Positions 18,767-27,581 of a stretch of 43,620 nt of DNA are shown in pieces. Each line of letters begins with the position of its first letter. Positions within the stretch are counted from its first letter, which is position 1. The notes beneath the pieces were generated by a model that saw only the letters and a list, made by a program, of their open reading frames with translations, was not told the DNA's origin and did no database searches. The position numbers were made by a program, and so were the translations under genes. Origin of the DNA: an uncultured Candidatus Saccharibacteria bacterium (lineage in GTDB: Bacteria; Patescibacteriota; Saccharimonadia; Saccharimonadales; Saccharimonadaceae); NCBI GenBank assembly GCA_965246075.1, contig CBDFCQ010000001.1, positions 1-43,620 on the forward strand, written 5' to 3'.

Positions 18767-20293
18767 TTATCTATTTCGGAATAACGACGAAACGCCGTCG
18801 GTTAATCCAGTCAGATGTCCGAGTACGCCGCCGCTTTTTGACAATTGCATACGTAGTTTGTTTTTGGCGTGCGGCGTGATGACCATGTCACGCCAGGCCA
18901 GTTTTGGCTTGGCGGATTTGCTGGTTAAGACTTCGACGACATCGCCGTGTTGCAGCTCGTAATTGAACGGTTTCATTACGCCATTGACCTTGAAGCCACT
19001 GGCGTGTGCTGCGATGTCGGAGTGAATGCGGTAAGCGTAATCCAGCGGGAAGGCACCACTTGGCAGATCGTAAATGTCGCCTTTTGGAGAATAGACGAAA
19101 ATGCGGTCTGAGAACAATTTCATGCGGAACTTGTCAGAGTCAAACCGTTTACCTTCGCCCGCCAACGCTGCCGCTTCCTGAAGCTCGCGAATCCATGACA
19201 AATCTGCTGGCATAGAACCTATGCGACCTTTTTTGTAAGCGTCGGTCAATTTCTGCTCATTGTAATGGAAGCTGGCCGCCAAACCACGCTCAGCGTATTC
19301 GTGCATTTCTTTGGTGCGAATTTGAAATTCAACAATTTGCCCACTCGGCGTTTGCACGGTGGTGTGTAGACTTTGGTAGCCATTCGGCTTGGGGTTGGCA
19401 ACATAGTCTTTGATTCGCTCGTACATCGGCTGATACATGTCGTGTAGAATTCCTAACACCAAATAACCTGTTGACAAATCATCGACAATGACTCGCAGGG
19501 CGATCAAATCATAAATCTTATCAATATCGCCGACCTTATCGAGTTTTTTGAACAGGCTGTAGACGCTTTTGACGCGGCCATCCATCTGGAAAACCAGCTT
19601 CTCTTCCTTCAATCGTGCCTCAACTTCACGGCGAACACGATCCAGTTTTCGCTGCGATTTTTTCAATCGGCTATCCATCAAACTTTTGGTGCGGTGAAAA
19701 TCTTTTGGCATCAAATATTTGAAGCTCAATTCTTCCAGCTGCACCCGCACCCGTCCCATGTTCAATCGGTCTGCCAGCGGTGCAAACACCTCGATCGTCT
19801 CGCGGGCAATTTTCTTCTGCTTCTCTGGCGACATAAACTGCAGCGTCCGCATATTGTGCTAGCGATCCGCCAGTTTGATGATAATCACCCGTACGTCTTC
19901 GCCCACCGCGATCATCAATTTAGTCAAATTGTCCTTGGTGTGCGGCAAATAGCTGTCCAGACTACGCATGCCAGCACGTGCCTGCGAAACCTTAGTCACA
20001 CCATCCACCAAAAACGCCACATCTCGTCCAAATAAACTCTCCAGCTCATCCAGCGTTGCGTCAGTATCCTCAACCGTGTCATGTAGCACACCCGCCACCA
20101 CCGTGTCGATATCCATGCCCCACTCAATCAAAATCTCGGCCACCGCCAGCGGGTGATTGATATACGGCTCGCCGCTTTTGCGTTTTTGTCCAGCGTGCTT
20201 TTCAGTCGCATAGTCAATCGCGCTTGCCAAGACCAGCACTGGCACTTCGTCGTACTTTTGCTCGGCTATTGATAGTAATTCTTCGCGCGTCAT
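18767..20293 (-). pseudogene. rel: RelA/SpoT homolog (HD-SYNTH-TGS) interrupted by one in-frame TAG
   Basis: The two ORFs are in the same frame and read IKLADR-TAG-HNMRTL (stop at 19859-19861, at the conserved Leu). Also HAGQKRKSGEPY, LHDTVED, GRVKS and PKPNGYQSLHT. Could be a real nonsense allele or a sequencing error. Confidence 0.85.
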
Positions 20294-20361
20294 ATGTTTA
20301 TTATACAACTTTGTAGTATAATTAAGAAAAGCTAAAGCGAAATATCTAACAGGGAGGGCAT

Positions 20362-21384
20362 ATGTCAGTAACAAGAATAGCAATTAATGGCTTTGGACGG
20401 ATTGGGCGTAATGCCTTTAAGATTGCACGTGAGCGAAGCGACCTAGAGATTGTCGCGATTAATGATTTAACAGACACGAAGACGCTGGCGTACTTACTCA
20501 AGCATGACAGCAATTATGGTGAGTACAGTCGGCAGGTTGATTTTACGGAGAATGAGCTGATTATTGAAGGTCAATCCGTTAAAGTTCTAGCAGAGAAAGA
20601 TCCAGCGAATTTGCCGTGGGGTGAGATGAATGTTGACGTAGTGATTGAATCGACTGGCTTCTTTACTGACAAAGAGGGTGCGGGCAAGCACTTGACTGCC
20701 GGCGCCAAGCGCGTGGTTATCAGCGGGCCGACCAAATCCGACGGCGTCGATACAATTGTGCTAGGTACGAATGACAGCAAGATCAAGGACGCGACGCCGA
20801 TAGTTTCTAATGCCAGCTGTACGACCAATAGCTTGGGTGCGGTGATGGCGGTTCTGGACGCAGAATTTGGCGTGGAAAAATCAATGCTGACGACGGTGCA
20901 TAGCTACACCGCCAGCCAAAGATTGCAAGACGCGCCTGCTAAGGATCTCCGCGAGGGTCGCAACGCGGCTGAAAATATGGTGCCGACAACGACAGGCGCG
21001 GCTATCGCCGTAACGAAAACTTTGCCGCAACTAACTGGCAAGTTTGACGGTCTGAGCGTGCGCGTACCGACTCCAGTGGTGTCGCTTAGCGACGTGACGG
21101 CGCTTCTCAGGAAAGATGTGACTGTCGAGCAGGTGAATGAAGCCTTCAAAAAAGCTGCACAAAGTAATTTTTACCAGGGTATTTTGGGGGTTTCTGAGGA
21201 ACCTTTAGTTAGTCGCGATTTTATTGGTAGCTCATATTCGGGAATTGTTGACTTGCCACTCACCAAAGTCGTTGGGGGTAATTTGATAAAAGTCATGGTT
21301 TGGTATGACAATGAGTGGGGCTATTCAAACCGGCTGGTTGAGCTGGTGGCAGATGTTGGACACTACTTGAAAAAGAGTGAATAA
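20362..21384 (+). CDS. gap: Type I glyceraldehyde-3-phosphate dehydrogenase
   Basis: INGFGRIG, ASCTTN and WYDNEWGYSNR. Confidence 0.97.
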   Translation: MSVTRIAINGFGRIGRNAFKIARERSDLEIVAINDLTDTKTLAYLLKHDSNYGEYSRQVDFTENELIIEGQSVKVLAEKDPANLPWGEMNVDVVIESTGFFTDKEGAGKHLTAGAKRVVISGPTKSDGVDTIVLGTNDSKIKDATPIVSNASCTTNSLGAVMAVLDAEFGVEKSMLTTVHSYTASQRLQDAPAKDLREGRNAAENMVPTTTGAAIAVTKTLPQLTGKFDGLSVRVPTPVVSLSDVTALLRKDVTVEQVNEAFKKAAQSNFYQGILGVSEEPLVSRDFIGSSYSGIVDLPLTKVVGGNLIKVMVWYDNEWGYSNRLVELVADVGHYLKKSE

Positions 21385-21408
21385 AACCCTATTCTAAAAA
21401 GGAAATAA

Positions 21409-21489
21409 CCCCGCACCGTGATAGTGCGGGGACGCCGGGATTTCCGGCGGTTTTACAGAATATTTATTAGCGCGCCCTCTGCTGGCGCG
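21409..21489. terminator. Three GC-rich hairpins between convergent gap and unit 2
   Basis: CCCCGCAC/GTGCGGGG (21409-21431), CGCCGG/CCGGCG (21433-21449, followed by GTTTT on +) and CGCGCC/GGCGCG (21471-21489). Confidence 0.65.
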
Positions 21490-21496
21490 AGACCCT

Positions 21497-21700
21497 TTAG
21501 CTTCGGATTTCGACCGAAACAATGTCGGTTGGTCTTGCCAAGAACACTCTATTCTTTGTTTCGATGTTCACGACAGAGTCACTTGTGGCTTGCCCCAGAG
21601 CTCTGGACAGATGATCTGCCAGATCGCTAGTGCTCTCGAAACCATATGTGATTCTCGTGGTGAATGCCTGGCCATTATTGAGAGTGAACTTTACCTTCAT
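21497..21700 (-). CDS. Small soluble protein, 67 aa (unit 2)
   Basis: ATG 21700 follows AAAGGAAG. Sequence is MKVKFTLNNGQAFT...RPTDIVSVEIRS. It has its own promoter and 3' hairpins. Confidence 0.65.
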   Translation of the reverse strand: MKVKFTLNNGQAFTTRITYGFESTSDLADHLSRALGQATSDSVVNIETKNRVFLARPTDIVSVEIRS

Positions 21701-21707
21701 CTTTTCA

Positions 21708-21775
21708 CTTCCTTTCGGGAAGATGCTCAAAGCTAGGGCGACTTCCGCCCTAAGACAAAACTTTGAGCAAAAGCT
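21708..21775 (-). promoter_or_regulatory. Structured 5' leader RNA motif, copy A
   Basis: GCTCAAAG-TTTTGTCT-TAGGGCG-GAAGT-CGCCCTA-G-CTTTGAGC, then the SD hairpin CTTCC-CGAAA-GGAAG. Confidence 0.7.
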
Positions 21776-21778
21776 AAT

Positions 21779-21813
21779 ATTATATATATATCATACTAGC
21801 CACAAAATGTCAA
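21779..21813 (-). promoter_or_regulatory. Sigma70-type promoter of unit 2
   Basis: TTGACA (21813-21808), 17 bp ending in TGA, then TATATATATAAT. A second TTGACA lies at 21826-21821. Confidence 0.7.
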
Positions 21814-21901
21814 TACTCTTTGTCAAATAGGCATGCTTCACCCCTGGAGTAATCTCCGACTTTCCCTTGCAAAAATCACCGAAAACGCTTATACTAAAAT
21901 C

Positions 21902-22354
21902 ATGAAAATCTACCTCGGATCTGACCACCGCGGCTTTATGTTGAAGGAAAAAGTTTTTGCCTATTTAGTTAAGAACGGCTACGACGTGCAAGACGTTGGT
22001 GGCGTAGAATTAAATCCTGACGATGATTTTCCGCAATTCGCCCAGGCGGCAGCGCTGAAAGTGATCGGCGATGACAGTAAAGACCCGCGAGCTATCTTAA
22101 TCTGCGGCGGCGGTCAAGGGATGTGCATGGCGGCTAACCGGTTCAAAGGAATTCGTGCCAGTGTGATTTGGGATGCGTTTGAGGCAAAGATGACTCGTCA
22201 AGATAATGACTCAAATGTATTGTGTCTGCCAGCGCGAATTTTGGAAGACGATGAATCAGCTTGGAAGGGTATTGTAGAAACGTGGTTGAACACTCCGTAC
22301 GCTAATGCTCCACGCTTTAATCGGCGCAATGCGCAGTTGGATGAATTGTCATGA
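21902..22354 (+). CDS. rpiB: Ribose-5-phosphate isomerase B
   Basis: GSDHRG, ILICGGGQGMCMAANR and NDSNVLCL. Promoter TTGCAA-17-TATACT lies 6 nt upstream. Confidence 0.93.
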   Translation: MKIYLGSDHRGFMLKEKVFAYLVKNGYDVQDVGGVELNPDDDFPQFAQAAALKVIGDDSKDPRAILICGGGQGMCMAANRFKGIRASVIWDAFEAKMTRQDNDSNVLCLPARILEDDESAWKGIVETWLNTPYANAPRFNRRNAQLDELS

Positions 22355-22998
22355 GTGCTGTAATTGCCCCGGCTATTTTGGCAGAAAACGCCGCTCAGTA
22401 TAAAGAGCAAGTTGATAGGATAACTGGTTTTGTTGAGCGGGTACATATTGATATTTCTGATGGGGAATTTGCGCCGACGTTGACGGTCGGTATTCAGGAA
22501 TTATGGGCGCCCGAGGGTTGGACGATCGATATTCATGCTATGGTCAACAATCTGGAAGAATATATACCGAAGTTGATTGCCCTAAGACCACATATGATTA
22601 TAGTCCACGCGGAAGCCATGGGTGATGTAAAAACGGCGCTTATGCAGATTCGTCAGGCTGGTATCATGGCAGGCCTAGCGTTATTGAAGCCAACGGTGCC
22701 GCGGACTGTCGAAGAATTTATAAAGCTCGCTGACCATGTAATGATTTTTAGTGGCGAGTTGGGTAGATTTGGCGGAACTGCCAGTTTGATGCAGTTGGAA
22801 AAAATTCGACTCATTAAAGCTATTAATCCTAACGTGGAAATTGGTTGGGATGGCGGTGTTTTAGTGGATAATGCATATAGCCTGGTGCAGGGCGGTGTTA
22901 ATGTCTTAAATGCTGGCGGCGTTATCCAAAAATCATCAGATCCGCATGCTATTTTTTCTAAATTACAGCAGGAAATTAACAAGACGAGCGTGCTTTAA
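22351..22998 (+). CDS. rpe: Ribulose-phosphate 3-epimerase
   Basis: IAPAIL, HIDISDGEFAP, DIHAMV and WDGG. Confidence 0.9.
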   Translation: MSAVIAPAILAENAAQYKEQVDRITGFVERVHIDISDGEFAPTLTVGIQELWAPEGWTIDIHAMVNNLEEYIPKLIALRPHMIIVHAEAMGDVKTALMQIRQAGIMAGLALLKPTVPRTVEEFIKLADHVMIFSGELGRFGGTASLMQLEKIRLIKAINPNVEIGWDGGVLVDNAYSLVQGGVNVLNAGGVIQKSSDPHAIFSKLQQEINKTSVL

Positions 22999-23837
22999 TG
23001 TCTGACGATCGGCTAAACGAATTGAGAGAAATATCCCAAACCTTGCGTCAGTCGATTATTCATGAATTAGTGACAGCTGGTTCTGGACATGCGGCTGGAT
23101 GTCTGGGTTTTGCGGATGTTATGGCGGTTCTTTATTTTCACGTCATGCGTATAGATCCTAAAAATCCTGATTGGCAAGATCGAGATATTTTTGTGATGAG
23201 TAACGGCCATTATGCGCCGCTTCTGTACGCCACTTTGGCGGAGCGAGGGTTTTTTGATAAAAAAGAATTAGCTAATTTAAGGAAATTTGGCTCTAAACTT
23301 CAGGGCCACCCAGAGCGCGGTAGTTTGCCTGGTATTGAAACGACGAGCGGCCCTTTGGGTTGCGGTCTAAGTCAAGCGGCCGGTATGGCGTATTCATTGA
23401 AATATTTAGGCGGTAATCCCCAGCGGTTCGTTTATTGTAGCCTGGGCGATGGCGAGCTTAATGAAGGCAATATTTGGGAAGCGGCGATGTTTGCCGCGAA
23501 ATATGATTTGTCAAATATAATTGCGATTATTGATAGGAACAATATTCAGATTGGTGGCGATACGGAAAAAGTTATGCCGCTAGGAAATTTGGCGGACAAA
23601 TGGCGGAGTTTTGGCTGGTTTACACAGGAAGTCGACGGACACGATCACGAGGCAATTGTAAAAGCGATTGACGTGGCAAAAATTTCCCATCAGCCGAATG
23701 TGATCATTGCACATACAATTCCTGGATTTGGCGTTGATTTTATGGAATATGATTACCAATGGCACGGAAAAGCCCCGAATATCGAGGAAGCTCAAGAGGC
23801 GCTTATTCAGCTAGGTGAAAAAGGAGATGTCAAGTGA
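22998..23837 (+). CDS. Transketolase, N-terminal subunit
   Basis: GSGH, SNGH, LQGHP, ThDP motif GDGELNEG and WHGK. Confidence 0.93.
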   Translation: MSDDRLNELREISQTLRQSIIHELVTAGSGHAAGCLGFADVMAVLYFHVMRIDPKNPDWQDRDIFVMSNGHYAPLLYATLAERGFFDKKELANLRKFGSKLQGHPERGSLPGIETTSGPLGCGLSQAAGMAYSLKYLGGNPQRFVYCSLGDGELNEGNIWEAAMFAAKYDLSNIIAIIDRNNIQIGGDTEKVMPLGNLADKWRSFGWFTQEVDGHDHEAIVKAIDVAKISHQPNVIIAHTIPGFGVDFMEYDYQWHGKAPNIEEAQEALIQLGEKGDVK

Positions 23838-24796
23838 GTTTTCTGAGAGAAGATTGGCGGCAATCAGAGTCTGTAGCGATTCGCATTGGTTTTGGCGAAG
23901 GATTAACGGACGTCGCTAAGAAAAATAATTTGGTGGTGGCGCTGAGCGCGGATTTGATGGAGAGCGTTGGCTTTGGTGAATTTGCTAAGGAGATTGGTAA
24001 TCCTAGGGCGATTGAAGTTGGTGTGGCGGAACAGAATTTGGTGACAGTGGCATCTGGATTGGCGGCCATGGGTAATATTCCATTTGCAGCCAGTTACGCG
24101 GCGTTTAGTCCGGGGCGGAATTGGGAACAGATTCGGACGACTATTTGTTTGAATAATCAGCCAGTTAAGTTGGTTGGTTCACATGCTGGGTTGAATGTTG
24201 GCGCGGACGGTGCGACGCATCAGATGTTGGAGGATATTGCTTTGATGCGCAGTTTGCCAAACATGGTGGTGTTGGCGCCAGGCGACGCTAATGAAGCCAG
24301 GCTGATGGCAGGAGCAATGGCTGGCGACAAGCGTCCGAATTACGTGCGTCTGCCGCGCGAAAAAACGCCGTTGTTCTTAAATAAATCGACTTTTGAGATT
24401 GGAAAAAGTTATACGCTGAGGCGAGGTAAAGACGTGGCGCTATTGGGAACGGGCGTGATGACATATCAACTGCTATTAGCGGCAGAAAAATTGGCGAATG
24501 AATATGACATTCAGGCGGAAGTGATTCATTTTCCGACGATTAAGCCTTTGGACGAGGATGCTGTGCTCGATGCAGCTCAAAAATGCCAAGCTGTTATTAC
24601 GGCGGAAGAAGGACAGATTACTGGTGGATTTGGCTCAAGTGTGGCAGAAGTTCTTAGTGAGAATTTGCCGGTGAAGATGAAGCGAATTGGTGTCAATGAT
24701 GCGTTTGGCGAGTCGGGCAAAATGTCTGAATTATGGAAAAAGCATGGTTTGGATGTTGATTCGATTGTTTGTAGTGTTGTCAATTTTCTCCAGTGA
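23834..24796 (+). CDS. Transketolase, C-terminal subunit
   Basis: GVAEQN, GADGATHQ and TIKPLD. GTG start overlaps the previous stop. Confidence 0.93.
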   Translation: MSFLREDWRQSESVAIRIGFGEGLTDVAKKNNLVVALSADLMESVGFGEFAKEIGNPRAIEVGVAEQNLVTVASGLAAMGNIPFAASYAAFSPGRNWEQIRTTICLNNQPVKLVGSHAGLNVGADGATHQMLEDIALMRSLPNMVVLAPGDANEARLMAGAMAGDKRPNYVRLPREKTPLFLNKSTFEIGKSYTLRRGKDVALLGTGVMTYQLLLAAEKLANEYDIQAEVIHFPTIKPLDEDAVLDAAQKCQAVITAEEGQITGGFGSSVAEVLSENLPVKMKRIGVNDAFGESGKMSELWKKHGLDVDSIVCSVVNFLQ

Positions 24797-24860
24797 AAAA
24801 CCCGCCAGGAGCTACTGTCAAGATCTGATTAAAGACCTCAAAGCGGTAGTCCTGGCGGGT
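24796..24860 (-). terminator. Long hairpin with U-tract ending unit 3
   Basis: ACCCGCCAGGA (24800-24810) / TCCTGGCGGGT (24850-24860), extended by CTAC/GTAG. A T-run follows on the minus strand. Confidence 0.75.
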
Positions 24861-24865
24861 ATGCG

Positions 24866-25063
24866 CTATCTGCGGTCATGGTATACCATACTGCAGATGA
24901 GCGCAAAGAACGAGACGCTCACAAACGCGAACGTAATGCCTTCTTGTGTCCCGTAGACTGCGAAGAAGTGGATAAGGACCGTACACCATGTTGCACCGAG
25001 TAGTACAACAATGGCGAAAAACGACTTAACCATGAATGATACTATCCTAACTACAGGACTCAT
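24866..25063 (-). CDS. Small two-TM membrane protein, 65 aa (unit 3)
   Basis: ATG 25063 follows AAGGAGGAG. Two hydrophobic segments and a charged tail (HDRR). Confidence 0.65.
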   Translation of the reverse strand: MSPVVRIVSFMVKSFFAIVVLLGATWCTVLIHFFAVYGTQEGITFAFVSVSFFALICSMVYHDRR

Positions 25064-25068
25064 TTCTC

Positions 25069-25134
25069 CTCCTTGTGAAGCGCTCAAGACCAAAGGGCTC
25101 TTTCATCCTTAGACAAAAGTCTCGAGCAAAAGTT
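25069..25134 (-). promoter_or_regulatory. Structured 5' leader RNA motif, copy B
   Basis: GCTCGAGAC-TTTTGTCT-AAGG-ATGAAAGAGC-CCTT-TG-GTCTTGAGC, then CTTC-ACAA-GGAG. Confidence 0.7.
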
Positions 25135-25139
25135 ATTTT

Positions 25140-25168
25140 ATATTACCACCAAAACAACATGATGTCAA
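25140..25168 (-). promoter_or_regulatory. Sigma70-type promoter of unit 3
   Basis: TTGACA (25168-25163), 17 bp ending in TGG, then TAATAT. Confidence 0.7.
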
Positions 25169-25227
25169 TTCTCTTGGCATAGCGGGCGGTAATTGATATA
25201 ATTACCATAAGTATTTTAGGGGGCAGT

Positions 25228-26139
25228 ATGGGATTATCGATTTCAGAGATTCGGCAAAACACGACGCGGGCGCGTCATTTAATGCAGCGGACACGGGCGC
25301 AACGTTTTGCGGTCGGGGCGTTTAATATTGATAATCAAGAGACGTTAATTGCGGTGGCGCGCGCGGCGCAAAAACTCCAATCACCAGTGTTGGTTGAGGT
25401 TTCTGACGCCGAAGTGAAGGCTATGGGTCTAGAGAACGTCCGTGATTTGGTGGACAATTATAAGGCTGAGTACGGGATTGAAATGTATTTGAATTTGGAC
25501 CACGGTCCGACGGTCGAGGGTTGTAAGCGAGCGATTGACGCGGGTTATGAGTTTGTGCACATCGATATTTCCCAGGCAAATCACAATGCTTCCGACGAGG
25601 AAATCATCGCTAAAACCCGCGAAGTCGTCGAGTACGCCAAATTTACCGGCGCTTTGGTAGAGTCTGAGCCACACTATTTTGGCGGTAGCTCTAACGTTCA
25701 CTCTGAAGCCATTGACTATGAAGAAATCAAGAAAACTTTTTCCACGCCAGAAGGTGCACGAGCGTTTGTCGAGGCGACTGGAATTGACACCTTTGCGGCG
25801 GCAGTCGGCAATCTGCACGGTAAATATCCAGTGCCGAAAGTATTGGTTTTGGACTTATTGGCACGCATCCGCGAGGTGCTGCACTGCCAGATTTCGCTCC
25901 ACGGCGGGTCGGGTACGCCGCTGCACTACTTTGAAGATGCGGCAAAAATTGGCGTTTCCAAAATAAACATCAACTCAGACATGCGCTATGCTTTTCGCAC
26001 CACCCTGGAAAAAATCTTGCGCGAAAATCCAAATGAGTATGCTATTGTTAAGCTGATGCCGCCAGTTTACGCGGCTGTGCAGGAAGTGGTGGAATCAAAG
26101 ATTAAGGCGTTTAATTCTGCGGGAAAGGCGGTGATTTAG
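25228..26139 (+). CDS. fba: Class II fructose-bisphosphate aldolase
   Basis: AVGAFN, LNLDHG, GNLHGKY, SLHGGSG and KININSD. Confidence 0.93.
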   Translation: MGLSISEIRQNTTRARHLMQRTRAQRFAVGAFNIDNQETLIAVARAAQKLQSPVLVEVSDAEVKAMGLENVRDLVDNYKAEYGIEMYLNLDHGPTVEGCKRAIDAGYEFVHIDISQANHNASDEEIIAKTREVVEYAKFTGALVESEPHYFGGSSNVHSEAIDYEEIKKTFSTPEGARAFVEATGIDTFAAAVGNLHGKYPVPKVLVLDLLARIREVLHCQISLHGGSGTPLHYFEDAAKIGVSKININSDMRYAFRTTLEKILRENPNEYAIVKLMPPVYAAVQEVVESKIKAFNSAGKAVI

Positions 26140-27101
26140 TGGCAAAAATCATCACCATCGGTGCCGCTATCCAGGACGTTTTTTTGAGCCAATCGGACGC
26201 ATTAACGCCAGTGTGTGAAAGTCCAGAGCATTGTTTTGCGCGACTGGATTTGGGCGCAAAGGCTGACGTTAACCAGATTCATTTTTCAACTGGTGGTGGC
26301 GCTACGAATGCCGCGGTAACTTTTGCCAGGCAGGGACATTATGCTAGCTTTATGGGTGCAATTGGTCATGATCCAGCTGGTCAGGCTGTTTTGGCTGATT
26401 TGGATAAGGAAAATATTGATACGCATTTAGTACGATACTCCCCAAAGTACAGCACGGGATACTCTGTATTACTCCTGGCTTCAAACGGCGAAAGAACAAT
26501 TCTAACGTACCGTGGAGCCTCAACCCATTATCACGAGGCGGATTTTGATTTATCTGATGAAGATGCGGATTGGTTGTATGTTTCAACTTTGGCGGGCAAT
26601 ATGCCGATGCTTCATAAATTATTTAACCAGGCCAAACGTCGTGACATGAAGATTTGTTTTAATCCCGGCAAGAAAGAATTGGCACAAAAGGATAAGTTGA
26701 TAGGACTTTTATCTGACGTCGATGTCTTGACATTGAATAAGGAAGAGATGCAGCAATTAGTATCGGGCGACGATTTGGAGACTTTGGTGCGCCGTGGATT
26801 AAATTTGGTACCAGTTGTCCTAGTGACGGACGGCGTAAATGGCTCCATGGCAAGTGACGGAAAGACTATCGTGCGAGCCTTAATGTACGACGACAGCCCT
26901 TCAATTGACAGAACGGGCGCTGGTGATGCCTTTGCGTCTGGATTTTTGAGTGAATGGGCGAGGAGCGGTAATTTGAAAAATTCTGTAATAATGGGTAGTG
27001 CAAATGCTAGCTCGGTTGTTATGAAAATTGGGGCGAAAGCTGGTATTTTATATTCCGGCACACCACTTCATACTATGCCAATTCAAGAAAGGGAACTATA
27101 A
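26139..27101 (+). CDS. PfkB/ribokinase-family carbohydrate kinase
   Basis: GGGATNAA and DRTGAGDAF signatures. Confidence 0.9.
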   Translation: MAKIITIGAAIQDVFLSQSDALTPVCESPEHCFARLDLGAKADVNQIHFSTGGGATNAAVTFARQGHYASFMGAIGHDPAGQAVLADLDKENIDTHLVRYSPKYSTGYSVLLLASNGERTILTYRGASTHYHEADFDLSDEDADWLYVSTLAGNMPMLHKLFNQAKRRDMKICFNPGKKELAQKDKLIGLLSDVDVLTLNKEEMQQLVSGDDLETLVRRGLNLVPVVLVTDGVNGSMASDGKTIVRALMYDDSPSIDRTGAGDAFASGFLSEWARSGNLKNSVIMGSANASSVVMKIGAKAGILYSGTPLHTMPIQEREL

Positions 27102-27580
27102 TGGCACAAAATCTAGGAAAATTATTAGGAGATGACGCTAAAAAGCGTCGTGCCTTGACTGAGCTTAGGCAGATGACGCGTGATGACAGTGATGTGCGAT
27201 TAATTGCGGAAATATTGGCTAGAGCGCACTCGATTATTCGATCTCTAGGTCTGGATCCGTCAAACGCTACGGCAGAAGAAATTTATCAATCGCTAATGGC
27301 TATTGCGCCGAAAGTAGATAAGTGGGCGCCATTTAAAGCTTCTGATTGGGTGCTTCTGGACGTTGATGGGCAAGTGATTTCGTTTAATCCAATTGACGTT
27401 GTGAATAATTATCATTGTCAATTGCCTCTGGGTAGGCAACAGACGACTCACGGTAAGCGGGGTTTGGGATTTGAAATTACGCGTCGCTATAAAAACCACC
27501 CGCGCACGCATAATCCTGCGGTTGAGCGAGTGGTTTGCCAGGGCGGTATTTGCTGGATTGAGCCAAAGCCTAAGAAATAG
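27101..27580 (+). CDS. Hypothetical protein
   Basis: 159-aa ORF whose start overlaps the pfkB stop. No recognised motif. Confidence 0.6.
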   Translation: MAQNLGKLLGDDAKKRRALTELRQMTRDDSDVRLIAEILARAHSIIRSLGLDPSNATAEEIYQSLMAIAPKVDKWAPFKASDWVLLDVDGQVISFNPIDVVNNYHCQLPLGRQQTTHGKRGLGFEITRRYKNHPRTHNPAVERVVCQGGICWIEPKPKK

Positions 27581-27581
27581 A

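Noticed and set aside
5335..19861. Two in-frame TAGs (DUF421, rel) suggesting amber recoding
   Set aside because: Many intact genes end in TAG at their expected C-termini (HIT, pheT, vex3, gatB). The two sites would need different residues (probably Glu and Leu), and DUF421 also has a frameshift.
21418..21830. Plus-strand ORFs 21418-21630 and 21630-21830
   Set aside because: They are antisense to unit 2, cross its hairpins and promoter, and have no initiation signals.
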